From assembly GCA_036172245.1 (NCBI GenBank), contig JAYWIR010000036.1, forward strand, positions 620,001 through 684,000: a DNA stretch of 64,000 nucleotides, given 5' to 3'. Positions 25,219-40,200 of this stretch are shown here, piece after piece (position 1 is the first letter of the stretch; each line of letters begins with the position of its first letter). A program made the position numbers and the translations under genes. The DNA is from Raillietiella orientalis. Its lineage: Eukaryota. The notes below the pieces were generated by a model. It did no database searches and was not told the DNA's origin. It saw nothing but the letters and a program-made list of their open reading frames with translations.

Positions 25219-28200
25219 GCTTGCTAAAGATCAATTCTCTCTCTTTCACAGCCGGGCCTCGTGCTTCGCAGAACCTTTCGTGAATGTTCCCACCGCTCCC
25301 GTTTCTCGAAAGCCAAACTTCGATGATTCCCTCGACGCCACCCTCGTACATCATGGGCCCCTCGAAAGTGGCTCTTCCAGGGCTGCTAGCATGTTCCACG
25401 CGTTGCCCTTCCCACGTTACACGGAACCACCACGCACAGCACTGGGGTCTCGCCAGCCTTGCGGTCGCCGCAGCGCGAAGGTTCGCAGCCGACGTCCCGC
25501 GCCAAAAGCGCGCCCGCTCACCCGCTGCCAGGGCTCACCCGCTCGGGATCCGGAACGGGTGGTCAACACGACAGGGTAAACACCATCGGCCGCGCGGCGA
25601 GCCGTCGTAAACACATTCGTGGAAGAATAAACGACGCAGTACACCTCCTGAGGTCTCAGTCGAAGGGCGAAACAAAAAGCACGCAAGTGGGAAAGGAATT
25701 TCGGTTTCATACTCCTCTTCGTCTCCAGCAGGCACGGGATGATGGACCCTTGCACGCCCATCTGTGAGGGTGCGAGGTAGTTGGTCATACCGAAGGGTCT
25801 GTCGAAACGCACTTTTCCAACCAGGGGAATTTCAGCAAAAGACGAGGCTTCCCGGCAAAAAAGAGTAGCATTCACTCCGATAGGAATTTGGGTCAATACT
25901 CTTATGTAACTTCTGTTCAAACAAGGAAACTACCATAAAATTCTTTTCGATATCATCAGCTGATTTAAGAAATGCAGGCAATTTGCGCGTTTGGATGCCA
26001 TGTTTAACAACGAAGTAAAATGTGGACCGTGGTATGTACTGAGATAGGATCTGAAAAACATTTTTCAACTCCAGTAACTCTCCAGCTAGTTCACCATGAC
26101 ACTACATCAGTACAGCCCTTGAAATTACGACTGTTGTGGAGTGCAAAAGCAAAAAAGTCCGGAATCATAAGTTTTCAGAAGTGCTTTATTACCTGAAATT
26201 TGGAATTTTTCAGTTGATGGTAATTCCTATGATTTGTTATGTTCATCGGGCTTCATGAAATCTGATTTAAATATCAAGTCGCAATGAAAAGAAAAGTGAC
26301 AGTATAAAAACGTGTGTACCAGCACACCTTTACAAAGATAGTCTAGATCAGTATAGTTAGTCCTGGATTATTTTGGAAGAAACCAGATCTAAAAGAATGT
26401 CCACATAAAAGAGCAACTGAAAATTTTCCAGAACGATTTTCTTGACTGGAGGAATGGAAACGCAAACAAAAAGTAAAATCATTCGTTTAAAGGAATAATA
26501 ACGAAAAATTTAATTTAAAACATTACAATGCTTACGTGAATAGCATGTGAAAGAAATCATTCAAGATTTTCGAACTTACAGATCACTGATGATTGGAAGT
26601 AGTTTTTCAGCTACATAAGGAAAGCAAAAAAAAATTTTCTTGTAAAAGTCTAATCAAAGTGGTGAGGAAGCAAGGAATACGAATTAAAAGAAGTTCGTCC
26701 CAATTAGCCATGATTGCATAAATGTCATAATTTTTTTTTTGCAAGAGATAAATTTTGAAAACAGTGCTATAAAACGAAGTCGCATGGAAGATCCACGAAT
26801 CGAAGGCGCGCAATTTTGTTTCTTCATGCATAAAAGCTGAGTGAGTAGTAAGGAAAATCATGGGCCACAAAGAAAACTTGGAAAAGCTAAAAAATGATGA
26901 GCAATAACGTGGAAAAAACGTGTACCATTTTTCGAGCAGATAAGACTAAAGGGACTGGAGAGAGATTGTAGCTACCATACTTCTATACACTTTTCTCCAT
27001 AGATTCTTCACTGTCTTTCAAAGACTGGGCCAATGCATATATCAGTTAAAAAAGAAAGAAAAAAGTACGGGAAAGCACGACTACACAATTGCTTGTGTAT
27101 GGGCCTTTCACACACACAAATAATTATGTACTGAATTATCCATTCCTAACGAATTATTATGTATTGAATTCTTTATTCCTTGGGACCCATCCTTTTGTTT
27201 CATTATCTATTCCTGACGTTCCTTATGAATGAATAATGAAGCGAAAGCACACGCCTAACGTGCGAGTGCATGGAGCTCAGGCATTCCACAATGATTTTCC
27301 TCAATAAATCAGTCATGAGATTTATTCTTGATGCCACATGTGCGTCAATGGTGCTACGAATGACCTTCAATTAGTGGATCTATTAGAAAAGCTGCTACTT
27401 TTATGAGAGGATTGGGTTGCTATCAAGTGCTTTTGAACAATTATGAAACTCGTACACTTTTACTCATTAAAGTCTATTATTATAAGTTTATTACTCATTT
27501 TAGTATTTCGAAACTTGAAAACATTTTCCGTGGAAATCGCACCATCTGCAGTTCAAGCAAGGCAAACCGATTAACACTGTGCTAGATAACACTGTTCTTT
27601 GCTAAAGAAAGATCTTTTACCATTTCACAAGGAACTTTTGTATTCCTTCCTACAATCAGTAGATGGTCAGCTATCTCAACTTACGAGTCAGCCTTTATAA
27701 AAAAAAATCTGCGTTATAAACATTCCGTTGTACAAATAACTTAAAACTCTTCAACGAATCTGTGTTCAGGATCTCTTCTAAAAGACTGTTGTACAAATGA
27801 ACCGCACGCTTTCTTCATTCTGCCCTCGGAACTTTCAGGCCGTAGAATTTTTACCCTTCCGCCATAATGCTTGTAGGGTATTGAATTGAATAAGGTGGGC
27901 CACAAATTTTTTTTCAGCGACCTGTAGAGAATCAACTTCAGATCAACTTCAACAACTTCTGATCCCACGGTTTGCTTGGGGTCCACTCACTCATTACCTC
28001 TTCAATGAAAGAATACATTCGGAAATACCTTTTCGCTCTGCACAAGCAGCACTTTAACAAAAAGTGAAAACATTCCGTTTTGCCTTTTGGTAAAATGTAA
28101 ATTCTTAAAATCGCTGTACATGGCTTTCGAGAAAATTTTCACAGAGTGAAGTGAGCAAACACGGGCGCCTAAGTGGCGCACACAAAATAGTTACAGCTCG

Positions 28201-31200
28201 TCCGTAGGGAAAGCTCAACTCCACGCTCTAAGGCTCCACCTTTGTATGATGAAGGGAGTCTTTCTTATCTTAAACGGTGTACGATTTTGTACGATTGGCA
28301 TGCGTGTCTTCCAATGGAAGAATTCCTTGGTGGCATTCGTGCAACCTTTCCGTTGCCAGCATGAGTTTCAGAGGCACAAGCGATTGCGGCGTTCGTCAAC
28401 TCCACGTGGAGCCGACACACGACCGACGGCGTATTCGTCGCCAACGTGTGATTAACTGCAGAAATGGCGCAGGAAACCAGCAGGAGACATTTTGGCGTTT
28501 GCGGGAAAAGATGGCTGCGGCGGGTTCACGTGACTAAAGCACGGGGGCTGACGAGCAAATCACCACAGGAGCGCGAGCAACTCGAGGAGTACCGTACCGA
28601 GCAACCCGGCACATTCCCACTTGTTCAGAAGAAAACAACTGCTTCCTGGAAAGTTCCAACGGGCGAGTTGCGTGTGAGCTCAACGTGTTTCGCTCCCGTC
28701 GGCCTGCGTCCGATGCGCAGCGCCACGCGTGCACCCACGCAAGCATTCTGCCACGCGCGGTGCCGACTGCGAGCTCAGCAGCATCGACGCGCGCATGCGC
28801 TGCCGCTCCGACTTTCCTGCCCTTACGATCGGCGCCCGGGCGTCGGAAGGCCGTGACTGCTGACCAGGTGGCCAACTTGCAAGCACCGACCAAAGCAGCT
28901 GACGAGTCCGCGTTTCTTTTTTACTTTTATTTTATAGAAAAAGGACTCCGATGCGGAAGAAATTCGGAAATTGTGCATGGCAATTGAGTCGAGGGCTGGA
29001 GCCCGTTAAGGTGGCCGAAGAATCATCTTTGCATCAGGCTTATCTTGCCTATCTGCTATACATCCTTCAAAGAAAACGGAAGATTCTTTTCTTAATTGTG
29101 AAGACAGGGTCCATTCTGCCGAAGAGACGCTGAGAGTTGAAAAGTAACCCTCGTTTCCGAATGATGCACAAGGGAGCATTCGACAGCCAGACCAACTGTT
29201 GAAGCTGCATCTAAGGTGCTTGCATGTTGACTAGACACTTGTTTCTGGTGTCGTCGAGAAAGCTCAGCTTGCTCCCCTGAAACACCGGACTCTTAGATCG
29301 AGCCAGGAATTGGCTGGCTATCACCTCTGGGGATCAACTTTTTGCTTCGCTCGTTTGATCAGTGAGTATGAAGGTGAAGAACGTATGAAGACATCTACCA
29401 GCGAACTCTTAAGAGTTCACTGGTATTCGTGGAGACATGTCTCGCCATGGTTAACACGTTTCTGGTTAAATATCAGCTTCAGAGCATGAGAAACCCTAGG
29501 AAGCCACAAATCTCGATGCAAGACTCCCTGTTCAGCCACCGAACCCAGCGTAACACTGTGGACCTATCATTCATGTCATTTCTACACAGATACAAAGCAG
29601 CCCATCGTTCGAGACACCCACCCACTTTATGAAAACCCCCATGTTTACCATCCTGGGTTTGTGTTCACTAGAAAGACAGTTCTTCATGTTTCCCATATGG
29701 AGGGCGAAAAGACAGAACATCATTCAAGGATTTCCCTTCTCCCAACACATCACTCCCCAGAGCTTGCCTGACATGGCTGCCACGCAGTCGGTGCACGACT
29801 TGATCATCTTTTTGCATCGAAAGATGCAAGGTAGTCGTTTGTTTGGTTGTCTTTCGAACTGGCGAAACAAAAGCATCAGGATTTGTGGGACCACCTTTCT
29901 TCTACGAGGCTTTTTTTTCCTTTGCTCCTTTTTTTAAAGAAATCCTTCCGTCATCGACAAGGACGCACGACCTGTTTGGAAACACACATGACCATCATTC
30001 TAGGCCACCGTACACAGGCCGAGGCAGACTCTGTTTGAAAGGGACTCACAACCTCAAATAGGCCTAAAGACGTGCATCTCATCATGGCATACATGGGGTC
30101 TCCCACGATTTTCTTAATGCATTTTGTATCACGAAATTCAGCAGCTGTGAAGAACAGAAACAGACACCTTTCTTGTACAACGCTTAGGTCGAAAAACAAG
30201 ATAGAAGAGAGAGCCGGAACCAACTGCAGGTAACGTGTACCTACTGCACAGCCCTGAAAAATGGCCGATCCTAACTACTTTTCACATTGAAGTTCACGCT
30301 TGAAACTGGACGACTGTTGAGGCGTCTCCGTAAGCGCAGCCAAAGCTGGAAGGTCCGTTCTACCGGTCGCTGACTAACAGATGCCATCTCATAATAATCA
30401 TTCTCGGTAATTTTTTCCTCACAAACTGGGTTGCAGTCTTCCCAGTCGCTTCACCAACAAATCATTGGTGTTATTCCATTCCTTATTTTAGATCCTTTAC
30501 ACTCATGAAGGAATCAGGATGTAGAAAACAAGGTTGCCAGATCTTTCGTTCTCACTGGCTGTCGATTCTGCGAAGTCTCAAGAGACGGTGGCAACATACA
30601 GCAAGAAACCCGAGTACTTCGTACACCCCACTCGTTGTATGTTATCATCGTAATCGTCAGCAATCTGTGTTTATTTGCTCCGTTTATAAGGCTGTGGTTC
30701 ATTCAGACGATACAATGCTCTCACAAAGAGTCTTCTACCGAATTTCTTGCCACTTGGTTACTAGAGCAAAAAGAAATTTCATTAAAAACGAGCATCCTCC
30801 AGGCACACTCATATAAATATCTGACCTCATCTACCTTCCGGCAAATTGAGGTCTTATGTTTTGCTTCATATCGAAAATGTATAAAGATAGGGTTTCTATT
30901 TCGTCAGCCATTGTGCTAATCATTAAGTAAGCATAAGTTTAAGTAGGTTTGTTTCCAGAGCTTTCATGAATTTTGTTTAGATTTGTTTGTTAGCCTGAAT
31001 TGAGAATGATTATCCTTATGAATACCCACTGATTCAGCTTGGCAACAGTAACTCCATAAGATTGTTGCAGAGCGATTGCAATGAGCTTATTTTGATTTGA
31101 ATGAGCCACATTATTCTTTCATGCCTTTGTCACTGGCTACAGTTATGATTACTTGCTGGAGCCGTAAAGGTTTCAAGATGGAAGGCCCATCATGTTGGTT

Positions 31201-32067
31201 TTCCTGGATCAACTGTTTTCAGTTTTTAGAACAAAAGATTTTATAAGGCAGTAATTAATTATCTTGTTGCTCGTTGATTGCCTACTTGACCGCAAAGTCT
31301 TAAAATAATGACTGCATCGAGCATAATAACTTTTCAATTCTTCTGTCCATAGAATGGACAACTCGACGTCATGTATCTAATGAAAATGATTTGTGACGTC
31401 ATTTGAAAATGCTTATCTCGAAATATGAACTTTTAAAGCCAATTTTAGTTGATAATCTGCAAATACGCGAACGTTGATTCTAAGATAGAACTATCCAAGC
31501 AGATAATTCCTTTAAAATAGAACAAGATTCCTCAATCTGAATTCACTGCGTTCAATATCAGAAACACTGTAATTCTTTTAAATCAAATACATTTATCAAA
31601 CAGAATCCATTTGAAAGTCTGATACACGGTAATGTATTAATAAGAGCCATGGAACGGTTGTAATCATTCATTATTTGATCTAGCATTAAACCTGATAAAG
31701 TTCGCCTAGTACTGGTTGCCTTCAAACTTCTGGAATGGTCAGAAAGGTATATGAACAAGGTATATCCGTCATTACGTACGTTCCTATACTCATTCGATAA
31801 CCCTCGCATGTGTTCGATTGTGTCTCTTCAAACCTCTTCTTCTGACAGCAGCACGCTCATGATTTCATTGCTGAGGGCGAAGTTTGGGTCAACTCTCGAC
31901 ACCGATGAGCATGTGTAAAAAGCATGAAAATTCAAGAAAGGTCCGATGCAGAAACCCTACCCCTAACCTGTACAGCAGAGAATTGAGTACGTCAAGGGAT
32001 TCTTGAGGTTGGAGAGACGGAACCTTGTTTCCGTATGGATCTTTTTCCCTGAGTGGGGAGCATGTTG

Positions 32068-32112
32068 ATGATGTGCACAAGGATCTTTTCGAACGATCCT
32101 TGTGCACATCAT
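32068..32112. repeat. Perfect 18-bp inverted repeat, 9-nt spacer
   Basis: atgatgtgcacaaggatc-ttttcgaac-gatccttgtgcacatcat. Confidence 0.9.
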
Positions 32113-32596
32113 GCGTGCGTTTGCAGTGCTGTCCAGCCTCCTTTGTTCATTCTTCAGTGAAACAGGAAACCAGGACTCGTGTATTTATGGAAGCATGATT
32201 TCTGCAGCGGAGACGAGTCATTAATTAAAAGAAAGCACATGTCCTTCCTCTCAGCGTGGCTATTATCACCGCCTAGAGCCTCGCTTGCTTGTCGGTTCAA
32301 GGTCTTCAATTTTCCCAAAATGCAGCGACATCCGAGAAAGGGTCGATTTCTACTTCAGGACTACTTTGGAATCCATAATTACATCTGATGAGCAGTCGAG
32401 TGCTCTAGTTTCCAGGATTTCACTGAGCTATCGGATGGAGCTGTTGTTTCGGAACCTTTTTGATCTCGCAGAACCTAAACCGTCAACCCACCCACCCACC
32501 TCATTCCGCCCACTGTAGAATTTCTGTTAAGAAAGAACTTCCGATTCCATCCTGCGCTGGTTTCCAGTGTCCAAATTTGCTAAGAAATCCGTGTCT

Positions 32597-32631
32597 TTTA
32601 GCTTGCGGTGCTTCCGCAACCGCAAGCTAAA
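32597..32631. repeat. Perfect 13-bp inverted repeat, 9-nt spacer
   Basis: tttagcttgcggt-gcttccgca-accgcaagctaaa. Confidence 0.85.
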
Positions 32632-35600
32632 TTTTTGGGGAAATTCCCGGTTTCCGAATAAGTTCTCCCATTGCTTCTCGTGCTCGCTTCTTCGTTCCTG
32701 GAAGTTCCGGAGTTTCTGATCATTTGTAACGCCTTCAAGCAGAGCAACTGCAATAGCTTCCTGGTTAAGAACTATGTTCCTTTCTCATCGGAATCTCATT
32801 GCATGCATAACTGGTGGGACATGGAACAACAGTTAACAACGTACACAACTATACAAATTGCTGTACAGCTTAGCAGAGGAACTGATATAAACATACTTTC
32901 CATATAGTGAAATTTTCAGAAGCACTTCATGTATCTGTCTTGTACGAATAACATACGAATTGAATTCCATTATCTAAATTAAACGTTTTCATTCATGGAA
33001 TCCTTTATTCGGCGCGAATCATCGAATTTTACCACGTTTAAAGCATTTTAATACATCACTGTATGAAGGCGAACATTGCGAGCATCTAAATCGTTTTTTC
33101 TATTCTCTATTTTTCCATTGCATTTCAATGAGTACCTAGATTGTTTATTGAACTGAAGCAATATTATAGAATTCTTTACATTTCCAACCAAATATTCAGC
33201 TTATTGATAACTAAAGAAAAAAATATTTCATGAAAGGATGAAATTTTCAGTTTTGGATCAGTTTCATCCTTCCCTATGATACTTGGATATCCAGTTTTTC
33301 ATGCTGGAGAGATTTAAATCAGTGGAATTTAAATTTCCTGCTCATGCTAAACTCGAAAGCATGAAAAATTCTGGTTTTGTGAGTCGGCTTGTTTCTATTG
33401 TCCGACTCCAAAATCAATACTTTTTGCCTTCTGTAATTGTTTTGGAAGCTTGTTTAGGAACTGCTTAATTGTGTTTCGCTTTTGTAGAACCACCAGCTAG
33501 TAAGAAACTGCTTTGCATTCTTATTTACGATTTTTTTTTTTTTTTGAAAAATACTACTCATGTATAAAATAAAGCCCTAAAAATAGATTATTTTTTTATT
33601 TTTCTTTACAACTAACGGCTTAAAAAATCAAAATAAAACGCACACACACGCATGAGTTCCATGAAATGTATTTTATATTTGGGATTTTTTAAATACGTGA
33701 ATTTTCAGTTTCTTAAGTGAGCAGCTTGCCTACATTAAAATCGACTTCATTCAGGTCAACGAAGATTCGATACAATTTGCGGACAGCAAGTTCTTCAATT
33801 AGTGATTTCTCATTCAAAGGCATAAATCATACTCAAATGCCCAGTTTATTTTGATCCATTCCTTAAGTGCTTTTTTTCTATTTCTATCTACCACTAGCTG
33901 AAAGTACTTAGATTCATTGTAATTCATGGTGATTTTCTTCATTTATGCAAAGCACTGACCTCGTTATAAGAGAATTTTCATGAAATCGATTTATATTAGG
34001 ATATATACATTTTGGAGGCCAAGCTGGAGCAGCTAATGAATAGAGCTGAAAATTCTATTTACGAAAGAAAACTAAAAACCACTTCCAGTAAAATAACACG
34101 AACTTAAGTTCTAAAAGAGGGACTCAAGGTCTGAATTGTGGTCCATCAAGCACTAAAATAAGGAACTTTGAATTTCATACATGGGTGTAGTTGGAATGTT
34201 GAATTGCTTAGAGTAGCGTCCACATTTAGGATTCTGATGTACTGGAAAATGATTTCATAGAACACGATTATGAACGTCAATTGTTTGGCAAATTTTTACT
34301 TGAAAGCAGACTGCACTTGAGTTTTTTTTTCATTCCATCTCATCGTTCATTATGATCATCTTTCTATTTATCCTTTTTTCTTGAAAGTTATTGATACCAA
34401 CAGATACGAAATTGATGGAAAGATGATTCTTTCACACCTTATTTCGGTAGATTGGTAAGGAAACTTGAAGAAGTAAGAAGAAAACGTTGAAAATTCAAAG
34501 CAAACGATTGAAAATTTCTTTCGAAATGAAATTAAATTGCTAGCAATTTTTCCTGTCAGTTCCTTTCGAAACAGACATAAAAAACCTATATTAATTAAGT
34601 GATTGAGAAGTAGAAAAATGCTTTATAGTTTTTAACCGATGATTTAGAGTAACACTAAGCAGAATTGCAACAAAGTTTTATTCAATCTTATCTTCATTGT
34701 GACTAAGCTGGTAACAAATTTTACACCGCCATTCAGAAATGATTCTTCATAGAAGTAGCAACTCCTAGTGGGGTGTGTGAAAGACGGATTTTTTTGATTT
34801 ATATATGATGCACAACAAATGCAGTATCAAGTAGTTTCAAGGCTGAGATTTTATGTAATCTAATAGAAAGTATTACAAAGGATTGTTCAGGGATGTGTTT
34901 CGCTTCATATCGTTTCTATAGAGTTGGAAAACATGAGAGGTAATTTGTCAAAACTTGATGCACACTGATTCACACGATCTAATATTGTATCGATACTTAA
35001 TACATGCTGGGTAGCTCAAATATAAAAAACTAGAATATTGGAAGCATGCACCAGCATTTAAATTCAGAAACTAATTTGATTGAAAGTAAATCAAGCTTTC
35101 TTAATGCCCTTTTTTGTTGTGGACAGCATTACATCTTTCCAAAAGAAGCACTGTTAGAATTTGTTGCTTTTTGTAGGTTGTGAGCGAATTAGTAGATTAC
35201 AGCAATTTGTTTGAAGTAATTAAATGAATTTTACTAAATGAAGTTTTCTAATAGACGTTAGCTGTTAATCTTATGTTACACGTGTATTCGTGGTAATGTT
35301 TTAAAGAATTGAATAATTTTAGTACATGTTTGGTGTGTTCTGTGGATGATGTGCAAAACATTAACTAAGAAATCAGTTATATTGTGACTGGTTTGGTGCG
35401 AATATTGCATTGAATTTTTTAGAGTGCTTTAAACTCTTTTGGCATTTGTACTGCTCCACCTAAAGAAGTTTTTTATTACGCTAACCTGATAATATCTTCA
35501 TTGTTCGTGTTCAAGTTTGTGGTTGTGTTTGTCAATGATCTAGCCTTTTATCATTTTTTGGTTTCAGTTTGACAAATTTAACTTACTGGCTCAATTGAAT

Positions 35601-37293
35601 GGCTGTGGCATTCTTTCTAAATTTATTCGAATTCTGAAGTACGCAACTATTCTGGTGCAGCATATACTGATATATTCATCTAGAATTTTTTTGGAAAGGA
35701 AGTTTCCAGAATTTATTCAGCATTTTCAGTTGGATATTTCTTTTTTTTTCTTCAGTAAAGCTTATCTATGAAGCTTTCGCTTTCATTTGTGTGGTAAAGT
35801 CATATAAAAATTAGTCAGATGATATTTTTTCTTCCAGGAAATACATAAATACATAATCTCATATAATGTACAATATTCATTAAAAAGTGTCATCTAATTG
35901 CAGTTATATCAGTCTAGTGAAGGTAGATTCATTCTTGGATCATATCAGAAGCTAAACTTTAATGAATGTCCTAGTTCAAAAGATTCTTTGTTTTCTTAAA
36001 ATTATTCAGCACAGAATTTCTTAAAAATATTCAACAAAGTATTCAGTTTTTTTACATGACTTTGAACTAGTTTCCAGCTCTGTTATTCAGTACATATTTT
36101 GCTAACAGTCATGTACCATTTTGTTCTTGGAGAGTATTTAGTGATGAGTTCCCATAACAATTTGGATGTGAAACTCGAAGTAGGTTATCAGTTTTGAGTG
36201 ACAATTGTGTTTTGTTGCCAGTATAATTTTTTGCTAAATGACTTTAATTGTCTTATAAGTTCTTTGAAATCGTGTGTACCTTTACTGCAACGAAACTTGA
36301 CGAATTATCAGTTTGGAGGGGTTGTTTTTCCAAATTAAATGATGAAATGGTACAGAAATTAATTAACTAATTTTCAGATAAGTCTTTACTTACCATAAAT
36401 GATACCATGTTATAGTTGCAAAATGTTTGTCATAGTTGAAAATTTGATTTGGAAGTTTTAACTTTATGGAAGATTCATTGATCAAAATAACTTATTGCTG
36501 TATAGATAACTGTTATTTTGGCTAGAAGCTCGTAATTTTTTGCAGAATCCAACACTTAGTTTCTGGAAATGAATTCCACTTAGATTAAAAAGTTTTTTTC
36601 CTACTGCAGAAATGTAGAATTAATAAATTTAGAATTCACTTGCCAAAATAAATTAATTAAAATTATTTATTTTTAAAATTTGTGGCTTAGAGAGAAGCCT
36701 TGACAAATATGCAATTTTGGGAAATGTAGTTCATATTGATATCTTGTTAATTCTTGGCTGTAAATATAACACAGTGTGAATTCTGCATGCCCTATCTGAG
36801 CAGTAATATAGTTATCAAGGGCAGCTGTAAGTTATTTCGTATTACATTGTTATTGGGAGTTTCTTTTGTTTTCTAATAAACTTAGAATAGAAAAGTGTTA
36901 ATTAGTTGAGTTACACAGTGACTAATCGTGTAATTTGTATGTCAGAGTGGTGAATTGGACCAATGATCATTTTAATCATGGATTGCAATATGATTTGAAC
37001 AGTTCGTGTTGCTGTATGCCTCCGATGCTTGCTTAATTTTTTGTTTTGTGTGAATTCTTGACCAATATGACATTATTAAGTTTCATGTTATAGATTTATT
37101 TTATATAGATTTGTTCAGAGATTCACTTATAGCATTTAAGGAATGCATGTTTGCAATTACATATTCATAAAATACATTGTTAAATTTCAGGTCAATGACA
37201 TCTTGAATTCTGGAATTTTCATCCCTGCAGTGCTTTCAGAAGAAAAGGTTTCTTTTGGGAATTACGTACTAAGAGAATTTAGTGTACAAAGTG

Positions 37294-40200
37294 ATGAAGC
37301 TGAGAAATAAAAAAGATTGTAAGTCTGCTAAACCCCCCAAAAGTGTAGAAATATGTGATGAAATGGAAATATCGCAAATTTCTTTTAAAAATAATTTTGA
37401 TGTAACATCTGATTCTTGCTCAAAGCAAGAGAATCTTGTACACAGAAGTAATTCTCAGAATAATTTTAACATCACTCCAGAGAAACTCTTAAATTGTGAG
37501 GTTAGCATTGAAATGCTCAATCCCATTTCCAGCAAACATGATTTTGCTCATTTCCCAAAGGATTTAAAGATACCAAATCAAGATAAAAAACAAGACAAAA
37601 TAACGAACTTGAGAAGAAGTTCAAGATTGAGAAAAACATGCATTAGAAGCCATTGTTGTTGTTGTTGTCAAACTCCAGAAGTGAAAAAGATAATTGATAA
37701 AGAAAAGAGCGTTCCTGCATTGACCTCAAAAGAACCAGATAATTCATTAGCTACTCCAAAAATTGAGAGCTCCATTGTAAAGTCAAGAACTCCAAAATCT
37801 TATCCAGTTTATAAGAAAAATAAGAATGTTACACTAAGAAGAAAAAACATCAACAGTGCAATATATGTACATAAAAATTCAAATAATTTTAAAGACAAAA
37901 TTTCTGCCGCATCGAATATATCTAATGATGTTTCTGATGAATATAGAGGTGCTGAACATATTAATGATGTTTTGTTACATTCCAATGATGTTGAAGTAAG
38001 TTCTGAAAGATATGCAGTTTCTGATGTTCATTGTGTAGAAAGTAAAGTAACTCATGAATGCACAGAAAGTGAAATAGGCCAATCCACATACAGCTTGCTG
38101 GCAGGGTCTTTTAGAGCACATGACCATAGTTCTCAAAACTTTGAAGATTCCTCCTTAGCTGCAACAGGTGAAACAACTCATCAGTCTACAAATAGTTTGT
38201 TCTTGCAAAATGAAGACACAAGTGATTCCGCATATTTCAATATGGTTATTCCTTTTGACAAAGGGAAGGATGAAGTAGGCATAACTGAAACACAGAAATG
38301 TGACACAAAAGCTGTAGCTTTAGTTGTCACTAATAGTTCTTCATTTGATTGTGTTTCTTCATCAGTAAACAATGATTCTGCTACTGAATATTTTGGTAAG
38401 ACTGAAGCAGTTAAACGTAACAAGAAGGCATATTCAAGTGACAGAGATATAGCTTCTGAAGAGAATGCGTCCAGTTCTAGCGAAAGTATTCACTCTCTTA
38501 TCCAAATAGGTGTTAAAAAGACTGATGACACTAAGCATTATATGACTAATAAGTCATTTCACGATTCGAGGACTTCTCCTGAGCACTCCAGGATTTCTAG
38601 TGCGAGTTATTTAGATGGTGGCACAGAATTACAAGAGGGACATCCAGACCAGGTGGCTGAACAGGTTTCCGCAGCAGATTTATCCATAAAAGTGGAAAAG
38701 GAATTCCATGTGGAAGATTCATGTTTAGACAGTGTGGAAATACCTTTAAAAAATGACGAGACTCATGTTTCAGCAGTGGGAAATCAAATTCACGAAGGAA
38801 ATCTGCAATCATTCAATGATAATTTGCAAAGTAATGAAATGTCATCTACAAGGAACACAAACCAGGATGCTAATTCATTGCAAAGCATATCTGTTTCTGA
38901 TGTGTTTGTCAAAGATCGGTTAGGAAGCAGTGCTGTTGATGTTTTGTCACAATGTAGCTCATTGGATACTATGCTGGTTACAGAGTCCAATTCATCAAGT
39001 GAAGCTTCAACAGAGCTTGATGAACCACAAAGTTATCTGGATTTGGCATGTACAAAAATAGTAGAAAAAGGAAATGAACAGTTCACTGAAATTTCAGATG
39101 TGGCTTCTACACAAAGAGAATCAAATAAACTTACTCCTTCTCCAGATCAGTCTTGTATTTCTGAAGGTAGCATTGAAGATGAATCAGTTTCTCTAAATGA
39201 GATTCAGTCACAAACTACTACTGTCCAACCCATTGGTGCTTATGAGAAAGTTTCGTATCCTGAAGATCCCAGTCCAGCATCTGAAATAAATACTAAAGTA
39301 GTTTCTGCTAATTTTTCTGTATGTGATAATGAGGTGAACAGTTTTTCTTCATCACCCAAACAAAGTTCTCCAGTTGATACTGTGAACATAGAAGGTGTTA
39401 ACTTGAAGCAAAATTTCATGACATTAAAGGATCATTTACTCAAGAATGAAGACTGTAATAAGAGTTTGGAATCTTCAGAAGACTCAGGATTGTTACTGTG
39501 TTTATCTTCAAATAGAAGTGCTGATGATAAGCATTCCTATGACTTTTCTGAAAGCAAGCCTCTTTCCACTGAGCAGTGTGACACTTTGATAAGAAATGAC
39601 AGTGATGATAATTTACCGGATGAAATTATTGGTATGTTATATTGTACATGAATGTTATATTAATGTGTCTTAATGCTATGTATAATTTTAAGTTTCATCA
39701 TCCCCAATACATGAAAATGTGGATACACGGTACCCTGAACATGTGCAGAACAGTTGTGAGACATCTATGATAAGTACTGAAGCATCATGCATATCAGAAG
39801 GTTAGTTATCAACATCACCACCATTATTATTTTTTTCAAAAAAAAATGTGTTCATCATATGCCTGTTTATTTGTTACAATGTTGGCAGGGTTTGTGAATT
39901 ATTTTCATTTGGTCAGGTGGAATCAACCTAAATTTCACTTTGAGCTGGATTACTTTGAATATGTACTTGATTTCATGATTCATAATAAGCAAGTTAAAAC
40001 TTGATTTCAGATTGTGATGTAGCAGCAGTATCGGTAAAAGAGGTTAGCTGTGAATTTATGGAAAATACGTTCCAAATTTTGAAAGGAGAAGAAGATCTGA
40101 TACTTGATTGTGAAGAAGTTGTTGTTGGAGAGGAGGATGCTAATGAAGATCATTGGGGTGATGATAATTTAACAACAATGGAAAATTTTGCCGGGGAGAG

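Noticed and set aside
26382..26395. accagatctaaaag, resembling the 3' end of a Trichinella spliced leader as I recall it
   Set aside because: The 5' part does not match and no GT donor follows. The reference sequence is from memory only.
27741..27986. PPYS..LW fragments reminiscent of the Tc1/mariner PPYSPDLNPIENLW motif
   Set aside because: It needs a frameshift, the match is poor, and there are no DDE residues or TIRs.
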